This document shows, piece by piece, positions 18,182-27,310 of a stretch of DNA of 42,903 nucleotides (positions are counted from its first letter, which is position 1; every line of letters begins with the position of its first letter). The position numbers were made by a program, and so were the translations under genes. The DNA is from Alphaproteobacteria bacterium (GTDB lineage Bacteria > Pseudomonadota > Alphaproteobacteria > Rs-D84). Below the pieces are notes generated by a model. It made no database searches, was not told where the DNA came from, and worked only from the letters and a program-made list of their open reading frames with translations. The stretch lies in assembly GCA_017554365.1 (NCBI GenBank), contig JAFZIM010000081.1, forward strand, positions 1-42,903. Reading direction: 5' to 3'.

Positions 18182-19324
18182 TTAGAAACGTGCGTTCATA
18201 CGAACACCCAATTCCATTTTACAATCTGTTGCATTCTGAGAATTTGCATGTGCATCATCGAATGTATATTCAAAGAATGCTGCAAATTGGATGTCTTCGT
18301 TGTATTGATATGCAACGCTGGTTTTAAGAACATATTCGTCCCAACCATCTTTCATAGTTTTTGTTTCATCCAATAAACCCTGTTTTACACCTTCTTGTAA
18401 TTGTTTTGCAGTTGCTGTACCTTGTGCTGCACCGCCAACATAAGGTGCAAGTATAGAAGCCGCTTCATCAGGATTCTTTAACTTTGTATGAATACTTTTT
18501 ACACCATTGTCATAATGTTCAATGTATTCAAAACCACCACCAAATGACCATTTAGAATTCATTTGATACATTACATCAAATCCAGCAACTGTTTCGTGTG
18601 TTGATTTCAAATCAACTGCGATTTGATCTGGAAAACCAAGTTGTGGCATAGTAAGTGCACCAACGACATCTCTTATTGGGTATAAAGGATGTGCACTAGG
18701 CAAATTTGCCATTGTTGTTGCCAAAGGTGTGATTGTTGGTTCAATACCAATTTCGTTGTTGTGGTTTCCAAATGTTTGTAAATATTCAATATGGGCTGCC
18801 AAAGTCCAATTGTCTATTTCTTTACCAAAACGTGCACCACCGATTGCACCCCAACGTCCGTTGGAATAATTTGCAAAATCAAAACCTTTTGATGTATATG
18901 TTCCACGCATAGGTGTCACACCTGACAAATATGCGTCAGCATACAAATCAAGTATAAAAGGTGATTGTTCTGTTAATGCACGATACATTAAACCAATACG
19001 TCCACGATGCATTCCTTTGCGGTTTATTTCGCCGTCTTTTGTATAACCGAAATGTCCGTGTAAATCTAATCTGTCTGTGATTCCATAACCGATGTCGCCA
19101 GCAAAACGCCATACAGGAAATTCAAGATTACCATCGGTGCCTTTCTTTGCAGTTGCTTCTGTTTTTTCAACAGTTTTATACATAATTGCTGCACCAGTTT
19201 TTAAATATACTTCATGTGCCTTTGGCATATAAAGTGGGTTTTCCATGTTTGTTGAAGCAAAAGCACCAGTAGTCATAACTGCTGCAGAAACTGCAATCAA
19301 ACTTTTCAAAGATTTTTTCATCAA
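18182..19324 (-). CDS. Outer-membrane beta-barrel / porin-like protein
   Basis: Signal peptide MMKKSLKSLIAVSAAVMTTGAFA. Strand-like repeats throughout. C-terminus ...ELGVRMNARF. SD aaaggaga lies upstream. Confidence 0.7.
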   Translation of the reverse strand: MMKKSLKSLIAVSAAVMTTGAFASTNMENPLYMPKAHEVYLKTGAAIMYKTVEKTEATAKKGTDGNLEFPVWRFAGDIGYGITDRLDLHGHFGYTKDGEINRKGMHRGRIGLMYRALTEQSPFILDLYADAYLSGVTPMRGTYTSKGFDFANYSNGRWGAIGGARFGKEIDNWTLAAHIEYLQTFGNHNNEIGIEPTITPLATTMANLPSAHPLYPIRDVVGALTMPQLGFPDQIAVDLKSTHETVAGFDVMYQMNSKWSFGGGFEYIEHYDNGVKSIHTKLKNPDEAASILAPYVGGAAQGTATAKQLQEGVKQGLLDETKTMKDGWDEYVLKTSVAYQYNEDIQFAAFFEYTFDDAHANSQNATDCKMELGVRMNARF

Positions 19325-19363
19325 ATTTCTCCTTTCTATTATAACGAGATGAAATAACCGACC

Positions 19364-19413
19364 CCCATTATTGGCAAGACCGGCGTTATATCCATACCAC
19401 CCATTATTGGCAA
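19364..19413. repeat. Direct 14-nt repeat in the porin leader/divergent promoter region
   Basis: cccattattggcaa at 19364-19377 and 19400-19413, 36 nt apart, 40-90 nt upstream of the porin-like gene start (minus strand). Confidence 0.6.
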
Positions 19414-19566
19414 TAGCATGCTTTGCGATATAACAAGTACATTGTTATACATTATAAGACATAAGTCAAAAAATAAATTAACTTGACATATCACTTGAAA
19501 TATGAAAAGCCAAAACTATATCTAGTATAGAAAGTGTGGGAACCCAATAAACCAAAGGGGGCGAAC

Positions 19567-20142
19567 ATGATGAATAATACAGATAAAAGTTTTCTTGCAA
19601 AGCCAGAAGTTCAGCAGAATATGATGAAATTGATGGGAATTGCAAATGCGACAAATAAAAAACAAATTTCAGAAGAACAAAAAAAGCAAATTGTGAAAAA
19701 ATATGTAAATATGTTCTTTTCATTGGCTTGTATAAATTGGTGTAATGGTGCAACATTGGGGCAAGCATGGCAGAAAGCATTGGATACAATGGGTGAATAT
19801 ATTAAATCAAAAACAAAAGTTTTAAATCATCCGATAAATCCTTACTTGGTTGCAATTCATGCCAGGTATCGTCGTCATGTTGCAGAATCTTTATTGACCA
19901 GCCCTCATGCAGGGGAAAAATTAAATCTTGGGGCAGATGTAAAAAGTCAATGGAAATCGTATTCTTCAAAATGTATAAGTGGAGATATGAAATTTTTTGA
20001 TGATTTACACAAAGAATATATGCCAGAACAACATATTACAAAGTTGAATTCTGCAGAACCTTTCAAACAAGCCCAAGACAAAGCAATAGAAAAAATGCAA
20101 AGATTTATAGCATTACAACAATTGCGCGTAAGGGCTGCTTAA
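19567..20142 (+). CDS. Hypothetical protein (191 aa)
   Basis: ATG at 19567 is preferred over the GTG at 19534 because of the SD aaaggggg at 19554-19561. Helical, Lys/Gln-rich. No motif recognised. Confidence 0.5.
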   Translation: MMNNTDKSFLAKPEVQQNMMKLMGIANATNKKQISEEQKKQIVKKYVNMFFSLACINWCNGATLGQAWQKALDTMGEYIKSKTKVLNHPINPYLVAIHARYRRHVAESLLTSPHAGEKLNLGADVKSQWKSYSSKCISGDMKFFDDLHKEYMPEQHITKLNSAEPFKQAQDKAIEKMQRFIALQQLRVRAA

Positions 20143-20154
20143 TAAAAAAATATA

Positions 20155-20190
20155 TAAAAAAACAACCGCCAAAACGGCGGTTGTTTTTAT
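20155..20190. terminator. Bidirectional rho-independent terminator
   Basis: Stem caaccgcc(20163-20170)/ggcggttg(20176-20183), loop aaaac. Flanked by an A-run and ttttt, between convergent genes. Confidence 0.8.
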
Positions 20191-20201
20191 TTGTTCGGTT
20201 G

Positions 20202-21563
20202 TTATTGATTTACTATTTCAAGAACTTTCTTAACCACATCTTCGGATTTAATACGTTCTTGTTCCATAGAATCACGATAACGTAATGTTACGGTGCCATC
20301 TTCCAATGTTTGATGGTCTATTGTTATACATACTGGTGTTCCAATTTCATCATGACGACGATAATTTTTACCAATATTACCTGAATTTTCTAATTCTATT
20401 TTACCGATTCCTAATTTGCGTAAATCAGCAACGATTTTATTAGATAAATCTACAATTTCAGGAACATTACGAACCAAAGGTATAACAGCGGCTTTGACCG
20501 GTGCCAACCAAGGTTTTAATCTTAATACAACACGTGATTTACCATCACCCAAATCTTCTTCTTCGTATGATTCAATCATAACTGCCAACATAGCACGATT
20601 TACACCCATAGCAGTTTCAATTACATAAGGTATGAAATTTTCACCTGTTTGTGCGTCGCTATATGACAATTTAGTTGTAGAATCTTTGTTTTCCAAAACA
20701 TGTGCAGCCAATTTGAATTCAGATTGTGATTTAGTATGTGAACCCAAATCAAAATCTTGACGATTATGGACACCTTCGACTTCATCAAATCCGTCTGGGA
20801 AAGCATATTCAATATCAACTGCTGCTTTGGCATAATGGGCCAATTTTTCATGTGGTAAAAATCTTAATTTTTCAGCAGGTATTCCCAATACATTTACCCA
20901 CCATGCAAGACGAGTTTCTTTCCAATATTCAAAATATTTTTCGTCTTCACTTGGGTTAACAAAATATTGCATTTCTGCCTGTTCGAATTCACGCATACGG
21001 AAAACAAATCCACGTGGTGAAATTTCGTTTCTGAATGCTTTACCAATTTGTGCAATTCCAAAAGGTAATTTGTGTGGCTTAGAATCCAATACGTTTTTGA
21101 AATTAACATAAGTTGTGGTTGCTGTTTCAGGACGCAAATAGGCGTTAATTGCACCATCAGCCATAGCACCAATAGACAATCCCATCATTAATTGATATGC
21201 ACGTGGTTCTGTAATTTCAGTACTGCCACAATTATCGCATTTTGTTGGGTCTTTCATTTTATCCTGACGCATGCGGGCACCACATTTTTTACATTCAACC
21301 AATGGATCTGAAAAACTGCCTTCGTGGCCGGAATATTTCCACATCAAACGATTAGAAATCAATGCGGCATCTAAACCTTCAATGTCGTTTCTTGAATAAA
21401 TCATGGCGTTCCACCATGCGTTTCTGATATTACGCATCATTTCTACACCATAAGGGCCGTAATCATAAGCCCCGCCAAGTCCACCATAAATTTCTGAACC
21501 TGTAAAAATAAAACCACGTCTTTTGCAAAGTGCGACTATGTCATTTACTGATTTTGCTGGCAT
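20202..21563 (-). CDS. glyQS: Glycine--tRNA ligase (homodimeric class II type)
   Basis: N-terminus IVALCKRRGFIFTGSEIYGGLGGAYDYGPYGVEMMRNIRNAWW. Zn-like insertion CKKCGARMRQD...CDNCGS. Class II core FRNEISPRGFVFRMREFEQAEMQYF. Confidence 0.92.
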   Translation of the reverse strand: MPAKSVNDIVALCKRRGFIFTGSEIYGGLGGAYDYGPYGVEMMRNIRNAWWNAMIYSRNDIEGLDAALISNRLMWKYSGHEGSFSDPLVECKKCGARMRQDKMKDPTKCDNCGSTEITEPRAYQLMMGLSIGAMADGAINAYLRPETATTTYVNFKNVLDSKPHKLPFGIAQIGKAFRNEISPRGFVFRMREFEQAEMQYFVNPSEDEKYFEYWKETRLAWWVNVLGIPAEKLRFLPHEKLAHYAKAAVDIEYAFPDGFDEVEGVHNRQDFDLGSHTKSQSEFKLAAHVLENKDSTTKLSYSDAQTGENFIPYVIETAMGVNRAMLAVMIESYEEEDLGDGKSRVVLRLKPWLAPVKAAVIPLVRNVPEIVDLSNKIVADLRKLGIGKIELENSGNIGKNYRRHDEIGTPVCITIDHQTLEDGTVTLRYRDSMEQERIKSEDVVKKVLEIVNQ

Positions 21564-21623
21564 TTTCTATACCTCTATATTTTTTATATGCCGATATTGT
21601 ATATGTTTTTTATGTGTTTGCAA

Positions 21624-21806
21624 TTATTTATTATCTGGAACAATTGCAGACATAGGACAAACAGAAGCACATGTTCCACAACCCTTACATTTTGTTGGGT
21701 CTATGACACATTTTCCATCAGGTGATGTTGATATAGCCATAGCAGGACACATTCCCATGCAAGTATGACAGCCTATACAATTATTTGGGTCAATTTTATA
21801 AATCAT
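21624..21806 (-). CDS. 2x[4Fe-4S] ferredoxin
   Basis: 60 aa with two CxxCxxCxxxCP motifs: CIGCHTCMGMCP and CKGCGTCASVCP. Confidence 0.85.
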   Translation of the reverse strand: MIYKIDPNNCIGCHTCMGMCPAMAISTSPDGKCVIDPTKCKGCGTCASVCPMSAIVPDNK

Positions 21807-21820
21807 TTTATTTTCCTTTT

Positions 21821-22525
21821 TTAATCTCTGTTATTTAACAAGCCCAGTATATATTCAAACAAAGCAACGAAAGATATATACATGTGCAAAGCACCCAATA
21901 CAGCCAATTGGTCTTTCTGATTTTCATCGCTTATAACATTATATGCGTTTTTCAAAGTTTGCATATCATAAGCAGCAAACAACGCGAAAATCAATACGCC
22001 CAACAAGCATACGATTTGATTGAAAGTTGCACCTAATGGAACGAATATTGATACAACACCAACCAAAATCAAACCAATCATTCCAAGAAATAAGAATATT
22101 CCAAGAAAAGATAAATCTTTGATTGTTTTATAACCAAATAATGTCATACAACCGAACATTACGGCTGCCAATATTAAAGCCATTACTATTGAATCCATAC
22201 TTGAAAAAGCAACCATAGGGCTAAGAACAATTCCCATTAAAACTGAATATATAAACAATAATATTAATGCAGTAGATGGTTTCATTGAAAAAGCACGTGC
22301 CTGGGCCCAAAGAGATAACCCAAGTCCACCAAATGCAATAATATAATATGCAGCAGATAAACTGCCATTATGGAATAAATTTACTATACCACCCGAAGCA
22401 ATCATTAAATATGTTGTCAAAGCAGTTAAACCAACTGCAGCCGCCATATATCCAAATATGCGTTTAATGTATAATTCAATTCCGCCGATTTTTTGTGCTT
22501 TGGCAATAGATTTGTTTGCAACCAT
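21821..22525 (-). CDS. BAX inhibitor-1 / YccA family membrane protein
   Basis: ATG at 22525 (MVANKS...) has the strong SD aaggaga; the longer ORF to 22636 lacks one. Seven hydrophobic helices. Family-like N-terminus IKRIFGYMAAAVGLTALTTY. Confidence 0.75.
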   Translation of the reverse strand: MVANKSIAKAQKIGGIELYIKRIFGYMAAAVGLTALTTYLMIASGGIVNLFHNGSLSAAYYIIAFGGLGLSLWAQARAFSMKPSTALILLFIYSVLMGIVLSPMVAFSSMDSIVMALILAAVMFGCMTLFGYKTIKDLSFLGIFLFLGMIGLILVGVVSIFVPLGATFNQIVCLLGVLIFALFAAYDMQTLKNAYNVISDENQKDQLAVLGALHMYISFVALFEYILGLLNNRD

Positions 22526-22673
22526 AACTTTCTCCTTAATTACTATATGTGAAAATATAATACACATCAGTTGATAATTCAAGAGATAACAAAACATAAA
22601 TTTTAACACATTGCTTGACAAATACACTTTTGTCAATTATATTATTCGTATAAAAACAATAAAAGGGGCTAAC

Positions 22674-22910
22674 ATGGCTATAAAAAAAGAAGATTTAACA
22701 TATAAAACAGACCACCAAAAATTTTTGGAACAGCAGGAAGCTTTGCTTATACAAAGAGAAACTGAATTATCCAAATTAGAATCTATTAAAGATAAAACAC
22801 CTGCCATTGAAAAACGCATAGCCAGATATAATGAAATTATATTCAATATAAAAACAGGTATTGCTTTTGTTCAAATGGCTGAAAAAACACGTCGTCCTTA
22901 TGGTTTATAA
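22674..22910 (+). CDS. Small coiled-coil-like hypothetical protein (78 aa)
   Basis: ATG at 22674 is preceded by SD aaaagggg. Charged helical sequence. No motif recognised. Confidence 0.45.
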   Translation: MAIKKEDLTYKTDHQKFLEQQEALLIQRETELSKLESIKDKTPAIEKRIARYNEIIFNIKTGIAFVQMAEKTRRPYGL

Positions 22911-22925
22911 AAAAAGGAAAATAAA

Positions 22926-23204
22926 ATGAAACGCATGAGTCATGCAGCAAGAGATTTATTAAGACGCAAAACAATATATGAAAATGCGCAAAATAAGTAC
23001 AATCGTAATGCGGTTTTTGATTATCCTGCAAATGCACAAATTAACATAGAAAGATTTGAACACAAAATAGAAGAAGTAAAAACAGAAAGTGGTTATACAG
23101 AAGAACAAAGGGCAGAAAAGATTGCTTGGTGTCAAAGTAAAATTGCAGATATTAAACAATCTGTCCAAAGATTTTATGAACAACACCCTTGGATACAAAA
23201 ATAA
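22926..23204 (+). CDS. Small hypothetical protein (92 aa)
   Basis: SD aaaggaaaa lies upstream. Charged helical sequence. A terminator follows. Confidence 0.45.
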   Translation: MKRMSHAARDLLRRKTIYENAQNKYNRNAVFDYPANAQINIERFEHKIEEVKTESGYTEEQRAEKIAWCQSKIADIKQSVQRFYEQHPWIQK

Positions 23205-23208
23205 GATT

Positions 23209-23238
23209 AAGGCCACAAAAATGTGGCTTTAATTTTTT
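23209..23238 (+). terminator. Rho-independent terminator
   Basis: Stem gccaca(23212-23217)/tgtggc(23222-23227), then tttaatttttt. Confidence 0.7.
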
Positions 23239-23295
23239 GTTGAAAATAAAATGCCTTTGATAATACAATGCTTTGTAAGATTAAAGGTTTTTATT

Positions 23296-24123
23296 ATGGC
23301 TATTGTTATTGACCCTATATCACCGATTGCATTTTCTGTATTTGGTTTACCAATACGTTGGTATGCGCTGGCTTATATAACAGCGTTTGTCGTCGGTTTT
23401 TTTCTTTTGAAATATTTATCAAGACGCGATGATTCAGAAATATTTTTATCAAAAAAACAATTAGATGATATATTAACTGCCTTTGTCTTAGGCGTAATTA
23501 TCGGTGGCAGGTTAGGGTATGTATTATTTTATAATTTACCTTTCTTTTTATCACACCCATTGGAAATATTTGCACTTTGGCATGGCGGAATGAGTTTCCA
23601 CGGCGGATTTTTAGGTGTCATAGTCGCAACAATGTTATTTGCAAGAAATCAAAATTTTGCGGATAAATCTGTATATAGAAATACTATGCGAATACTTGAT
23701 TTGATGGCGGTGTTATGTCCAATTGGTTTAGGATTGGGGCGTATTGCAAACTTTATCAATATGGAATTAATAGGTCGTGAAACAACATCTTCACTTGGTA
23801 TCGTATTTGCTGGTTATTCAACAATACCGCGTCATGCAAGCCCTATATATGAAGCATTTATGGAAGGTTTAATTTTATTTATAATAATGTGGTTGCTTTA
23901 TAATAAAACAAATCTTCGTAAATACGCTGGTGCGTTAAGTGGTTGTTTTTGTATGCTTTACGCCATATTCAGAATTATATGCGAACAATTCAGACAACCT
24001 GATGCACAGATTGGATTTTTGACTTCTTGGGGATTAACAATGGGGCAATTATTATCAATTTGTGTATTTATAATTGGAATAATCGTTTTTTCTTGCTCAT
24101 TCATAAAAAAGAAAGTACAATAG
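23296..24123 (+). CDS. lgt: Prolipoprotein diacylglyceryl transferase
   Basis: The internal ATG at 23296 gives the typical Lgt N-terminus MAIVIDPISPIAFSVFGLPIRWYALAYI. Also LWHGGMSFHGGFLG and GRIANFINMELIGR. Confidence 0.9.
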   Translation: MAIVIDPISPIAFSVFGLPIRWYALAYITAFVVGFFLLKYLSRRDDSEIFLSKKQLDDILTAFVLGVIIGGRLGYVLFYNLPFFLSHPLEIFALWHGGMSFHGGFLGVIVATMLFARNQNFADKSVYRNTMRILDLMAVLCPIGLGLGRIANFINMELIGRETTSSLGIVFAGYSTIPRHASPIYEAFMEGLILFIIMWLLYNKTNLRKYAGALSGCFCMLYAIFRIICEQFRQPDAQIGFLTSWGLTMGQLLSICVFIIGIIVFSCSFIKKKVQ

Positions 24124-24146
24124 TTATATAGCAAAAGGGGGACGAT

Positions 24147-24206
24147 ATGATTTTGAAAGTTTCAGTTGGTGGCATAAGAATAAAACGTGATGATAATCAG
24201 GACTAA
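24147..24206 (+). CDS. Micro-ORF, copy 1: MILKVSVGGIRIKRDDNQD
   Basis: SD aaaggggga lies 5 nt upstream of the ATG. A paralogous copy sits 142 nt downstream; all three substitutions in the first 16 codons are synonymous. Confidence 0.4.
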   Translation: MILKVSVGGIRIKRDDNQD

Positions 24207-24288
24207 AAATGCGATGGTTTTGTAATCGTTTTTTCTTGTTCTTATCATGAAAAAGAAAGTATAATATTTATATACAAAAGGAAACAAT

Positions 24289-24348
24289 ATGATTCTGAAA
24301 GTTTCAGTTGGTGGTATCAGAATAAAACGTGATGATTACCAGGAATAA
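24289..24348 (+). CDS. Micro-ORF, copy 2: MILKVSVGGIRIKRDDYQE
   Basis: SD aaaagga lies upstream. Same length and frame as copy 1. Differs by three synonymous changes plus N17Y and D19E. Confidence 0.4.
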   Translation: MILKVSVGGIRIKRDDYQE

Positions 24349-24408
24349 ATAGGATTATACTATGAAAATAAGATTGGAAATAGAATTTTAGTCATATATA
24401 AAAAAATA

Positions 24409-24437
24409 TTGACTTTTCCAATATGAAAATATAAACT
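24409..24437 (+). promoter_or_regulatory. Putative sigma70-type promoter for tRNA-Ser
   Basis: ttgact(24409-24414), 17-nt spacer, taaact(24432-24437), ending ~29 nt upstream of the tRNA 5' end. Confidence 0.4.
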
Positions 24438-24465
24438 TTGCTATGCTTGAAAGGCAAAATGTTTA

Positions 24466-24555
24466 GGATGGGTGGCAGAGCGGTCGAATGCGACGGTCTT
24501 GAAAACCGCTGAAGTCGCAAGGCTTCCGGGGGTTCGAATCCCTCCCCATCCGCCA
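24466..24555 (+). tRNA. tRNA-Ser (anticodon TGA), class II with long variable arm
   Basis: Acceptor ggatggg/cccatcc. Anticodon arm acggt-ctTGAaa-accgc (one A:C mismatch at the top of the stem). Variable arm tgaagtcgcaaggcttc. T loop ttcgaat. Discriminator G and encoded CCA; 90 nt. Confidence 0.88.
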
Positions 24556-24565
24556 CTAAGTTTAG

Positions 24566-24599
24566 ACATCCCGTGGTAATCCCACGGGATGTTCTTTTT
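24566..24599 (+). terminator. Rho-independent terminator after tRNA-Ser
   Basis: 11-bp stem acatcccgtgg(24566-24576)/ccacgggatgt(24582-24592), then tcttttt. Confidence 0.85.
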
Positions 24600-24783
24600 C
24601 GCCCGGTTTCCGGCTGTTTTTGTGGGCAACATTACCAGTGTATATCGCCATCCGCGCCCAACCCGCTAAAATTCACCACAATTATATACCTTGTCCAATT
24701 TCCCGATGCCAGTTTCTTGTTGTTTTTTGTGGATTTTATAATAATTTGTTTTAACATAAAATGAGTAAAACGATAGAAATCAA

Positions 24784-25758
24784 ATGACACAAGATAATAA
24801 AGTAATAAAATTAGAAACCTTTTCCACCCATTTCTTTACAAATGGGGCAGACAAACATTTTATAATAGCGGAAGATTATAAAATATTTATAGAAAGCATA
24901 GAACAGATACTAGCGAACATAAATACGGAATTACTGAAAGGACAAGCAAAGTACGAATTATGCATCGTTGCAAACAAAGAAGGTGGTTTTTGGAGTACTG
25001 TTGGTGTGCTTGGGACTTTAATAAGTATACCTGCTGCATTGGATTCAGAACTTATACATGGTTTCTATACAGGATTAACTGGACACGATTATGATTTAAG
25101 AAGTGTCGGTGAAAATGTTGGAAGTTTTTTACGAGACGCAACTGTCGGTATTTTTTCTAAGAATGCGACAGAACTGTCGAAAATTATACCCCAAGAATTA
25201 AATCTAGACAAAGCGATTTATGCTAAAAATGGGTTTTATCGTATGTGTGCTACGAATCAAGACATTAGGGGTGTGTCTTTTTCTGATAGCAATGAGCCAG
25301 AAATTCAAAAGAAAGATTTTGTAAATTATATTGTGTCCGATACCGACAAAAATTTACCAGCAGAACAGTTTATAGATATTGTTACAATTGTTAAATCGGT
25401 AAATGTAAAAAGTGATGCTAAATGGTCGGTAAAAATTGGCGAAAGTGCCAAACCCAAATCTGTAGAAATGTTAGATGACGAATTTAAAAAAGAATTCCTA
25501 TCTGGTCGATATGCAATAAAACAGACTGAACAAGATGACACGATGACGGTTTTATTAGAAAAAAAGAAAAAATATGTCAACGGACATGAACAAGACGCCG
25601 GTTTATCCATAGTAAAAGTATATAAATTTAATGATACACAAATATTACCAATTCCGTCAGATATTGTTCATAAAACACGTCGTCCAAAAATAGATTTGTT
25701 TAATTTTCAAGACGAAACAGCAATTGATTCTTCTGCGCAATCTGAAATAACTCATTAA
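24784..25758 (+). CDS. Hypothetical protein (324 aa), orphan
   Basis: Long ORF with balanced composition and one hydrophobic segment, GGFWSTVGVLGTLISIPAAL. Its convergent 59-nt overlap with the recombinase 3' end makes the exact C-terminus uncertain. Confidence 0.45.
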   Translation: MTQDNKVIKLETFSTHFFTNGADKHFIIAEDYKIFIESIEQILANINTELLKGQAKYELCIVANKEGGFWSTVGVLGTLISIPAALDSELIHGFYTGLTGHDYDLRSVGENVGSFLRDATVGIFSKNATELSKIIPQELNLDKAIYAKNGFYRMCATNQDIRGVSFSDSNEPEIQKKDFVNYIVSDTDKNLPAEQFIDIVTIVKSVNVKSDAKWSVKIGESAKPKSVEMLDDEFKKEFLSGRYAIKQTEQDDTMTVLLEKKKKYVNGHEQDAGLSIVKVYKFNDTQILPIPSDIVHKTRRPKIDLFNFQDETAIDSSAQSEITH

Positions 25759-27310
25759 CATTAATTTTTAATTTCCCAGACAAGATTTGATTTATCTTGT
25801 TTGGGTTCATATATGCTATGTCTAGGTATCGATAGAATTGTCGTGGTGATATATGTAATTTATGTGTGATGTCATCCACACCTTCATCTTGTTCATATAG
25901 TTCCCTATATTTCCATGCGGTAGCGAAGGCTTTGACTATTAGGTGATGATTGTCAGTTACACTTAGAACGCCATTTTTACCACGGTCATATACTGTATTA
26001 ACATATTTTCTTAGGAACACTTTTTCTGTTATTGTTATATGGTTGTCACTAATTATATATTCCATTTGTTCTGTATTTTGGTTCATGTAATTTTCAGTTA
26101 TAAATGGTTGCAATATTTTTGGGTCTATTGTCAGTGTATAAATTAGTTGTTCTTGGGAATATATGACCTTTTCAACAAGTGTGCGTATAAAACAACGTTT
26201 TTGTGTATATGGCATATCAGTGATATTTATTTGTTTCAAAATGGTTGATAAATTAAGTGGCAAATTTGACATATCACTGTTTAAGAAATTTGTTATTGTT
26301 TTTATTACTATTTCATCAACGCGAGGACTACTTAAATAAAATCCTTTGGTTGCATAGTAATGCACAGATTGATTGTTTTTACCTTTGGTACATTGGTTTA
26401 TGAATTTCACACCATTGTGATTAAATAGTTTACCAGTTAATATGTTTGGCGCATGTGTGGTTTTAGCAGATTTATTATTTGAATTATTTGTTAGTGCAAT
26501 TTGTACCTGGTTAAATAAATCATTTGATATAATTGGTTCATGTTCGCCTTTGGCAAAGGTGTTTTCTTTTTTGTTTTCAATTTGACCTATATAAATCTTG
26601 TCACGCAGAATGCGATGCATACTCATTTTGCTAATTGGATTACCACCACGAATTTGACGTTTATTTGTTTCCCAACGTTTACCATATATACCATTTTGAC
26701 GTGCGTATTCAGTCAAGTCATTTACAGATTGTAATTCCAAATACTTTTCAAACAATTGCTGAACCTGTTCGGCTTCAGTTGGGTTCACCACCAATTTTTT
26801 ATTTATCAAATCATAACCTAGTCGTGGTGGACCGCCCATCCATAGCCCTTTGGCTTTACTTGCTCGTATTTTATCACGAACACGTTCACTTGAAACTTCG
26901 CGTTCAAATTGCGCGAATGATAACAGCATATTTAATGTTAGTTTTCCCATGGAAGTACTGGTATCAAACGATTGGGTAATAGATACGAAATTAGCACCGT
27001 ATTTTTCAAAGTATTTCATCATATTGTGGAAGTCTAAGATTGAACGTGATAATCGGTCAACTTTGTAAACTACTACAGTATTTACTAAACCATGTGCCAT
27101 ATCATCTAACATTTGCTTTAGAGCAGGGCGGTCCATAGTTCCACCAGATATAGCAGCATCGCTGTACGTTTTATAATGTTGCCATCCATTGAATGATTGG
27201 GAGGCAATATATGCCTTGCAAGATTCTTCTTGGTTTTGCAAAGAATTAAATTCCTGTTCCAATCCATGTTCAGTAGATTTACGCGTATAAATAGCGCATT
27301 TAATTGTCAT
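25700..27310 (-). CDS. Large serine recombinase (resolvase/invertase catalytic domain plus recombinase domain)
   Basis: N-terminus CAIYTRKSTEHGLEQE contains the catalytic Ser in the YxRxS context. Also VVVYKVDRLSRS and FAQFEREVSSERVRDK. 536 aa. Only 4 Cys, none in CxxC pairs. Overlaps the upstream DUF2924-like gene by 11 nt. Confidence 0.88.
   Translation of the reverse strand: MTIKCAIYTRKSTEHGLEQEFNSLQNQEESCKAYIASQSFNGWQHYKTYSDAAISGGTMDRPALKQMLDDMAHGLVNTVVVYKVDRLSRSILDFHNMMKYFEKYGANFVSITQSFDTSTSMGKLTLNMLLSFAQFEREVSSERVRDKIRASKAKGLWMGGPPRLGYDLINKKLVVNPTEAEQVQQLFEKYLELQSVNDLTEYARQNGIYGKRWETNKRQIRGGNPISKMSMHRILRDKIYIGQIENKKENTFAKGEHEPIISNDLFNQVQIALTNNSNNKSAKTTHAPNILTGKLFNHNGVKFINQCTKGKNNQSVHYYATKGFYLSSPRVDEIVIKTITNFLNSDMSNLPLNLSTILKQINITDMPYTQKRCFIRTLVEKVIYSQEQLIYTLTIDPKILQPFITENYMNQNTEQMEYIISDNHITITEKVFLRKYVNTVYDRGKNGVLSVTDNHHLIVKAFATAWKYRELYEQDEGVDDITHKLHISPRQFYRYLDIAYMNPNKINQILSGKLKINVNELFQIAQKNQLLFRLEN

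Larger units (their letters stand above)
24081..24366 (+). repeat. Tandem duplication (two ~143-bp units): lgt 3' tail plus RBS plus 19-codon ORF
   Basis: Unit 1 is 24081-24223 and unit 2 is 24224-~24366, roughly 85% identical by hand alignment. Unit 2 begins with a relic of the last 14 lgt codons that has lost its stop. Confidence 0.85.

Noticed and set aside
19478-19789. 103-aa minus-strand ORF spanning the porin control region
   Set aside because: It overlaps the better-supported plus-strand gene starting at 19567 (strong SD). Its composition is low-complexity and it has no SD.
24441-24632. 63-aa minus-strand ORF
   Set aside because: It lies antisense across the whole tRNA-Ser gene and its terminator. 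Its sequence (…GGWGGIRTPGS…) is simply the translated tRNA complement.
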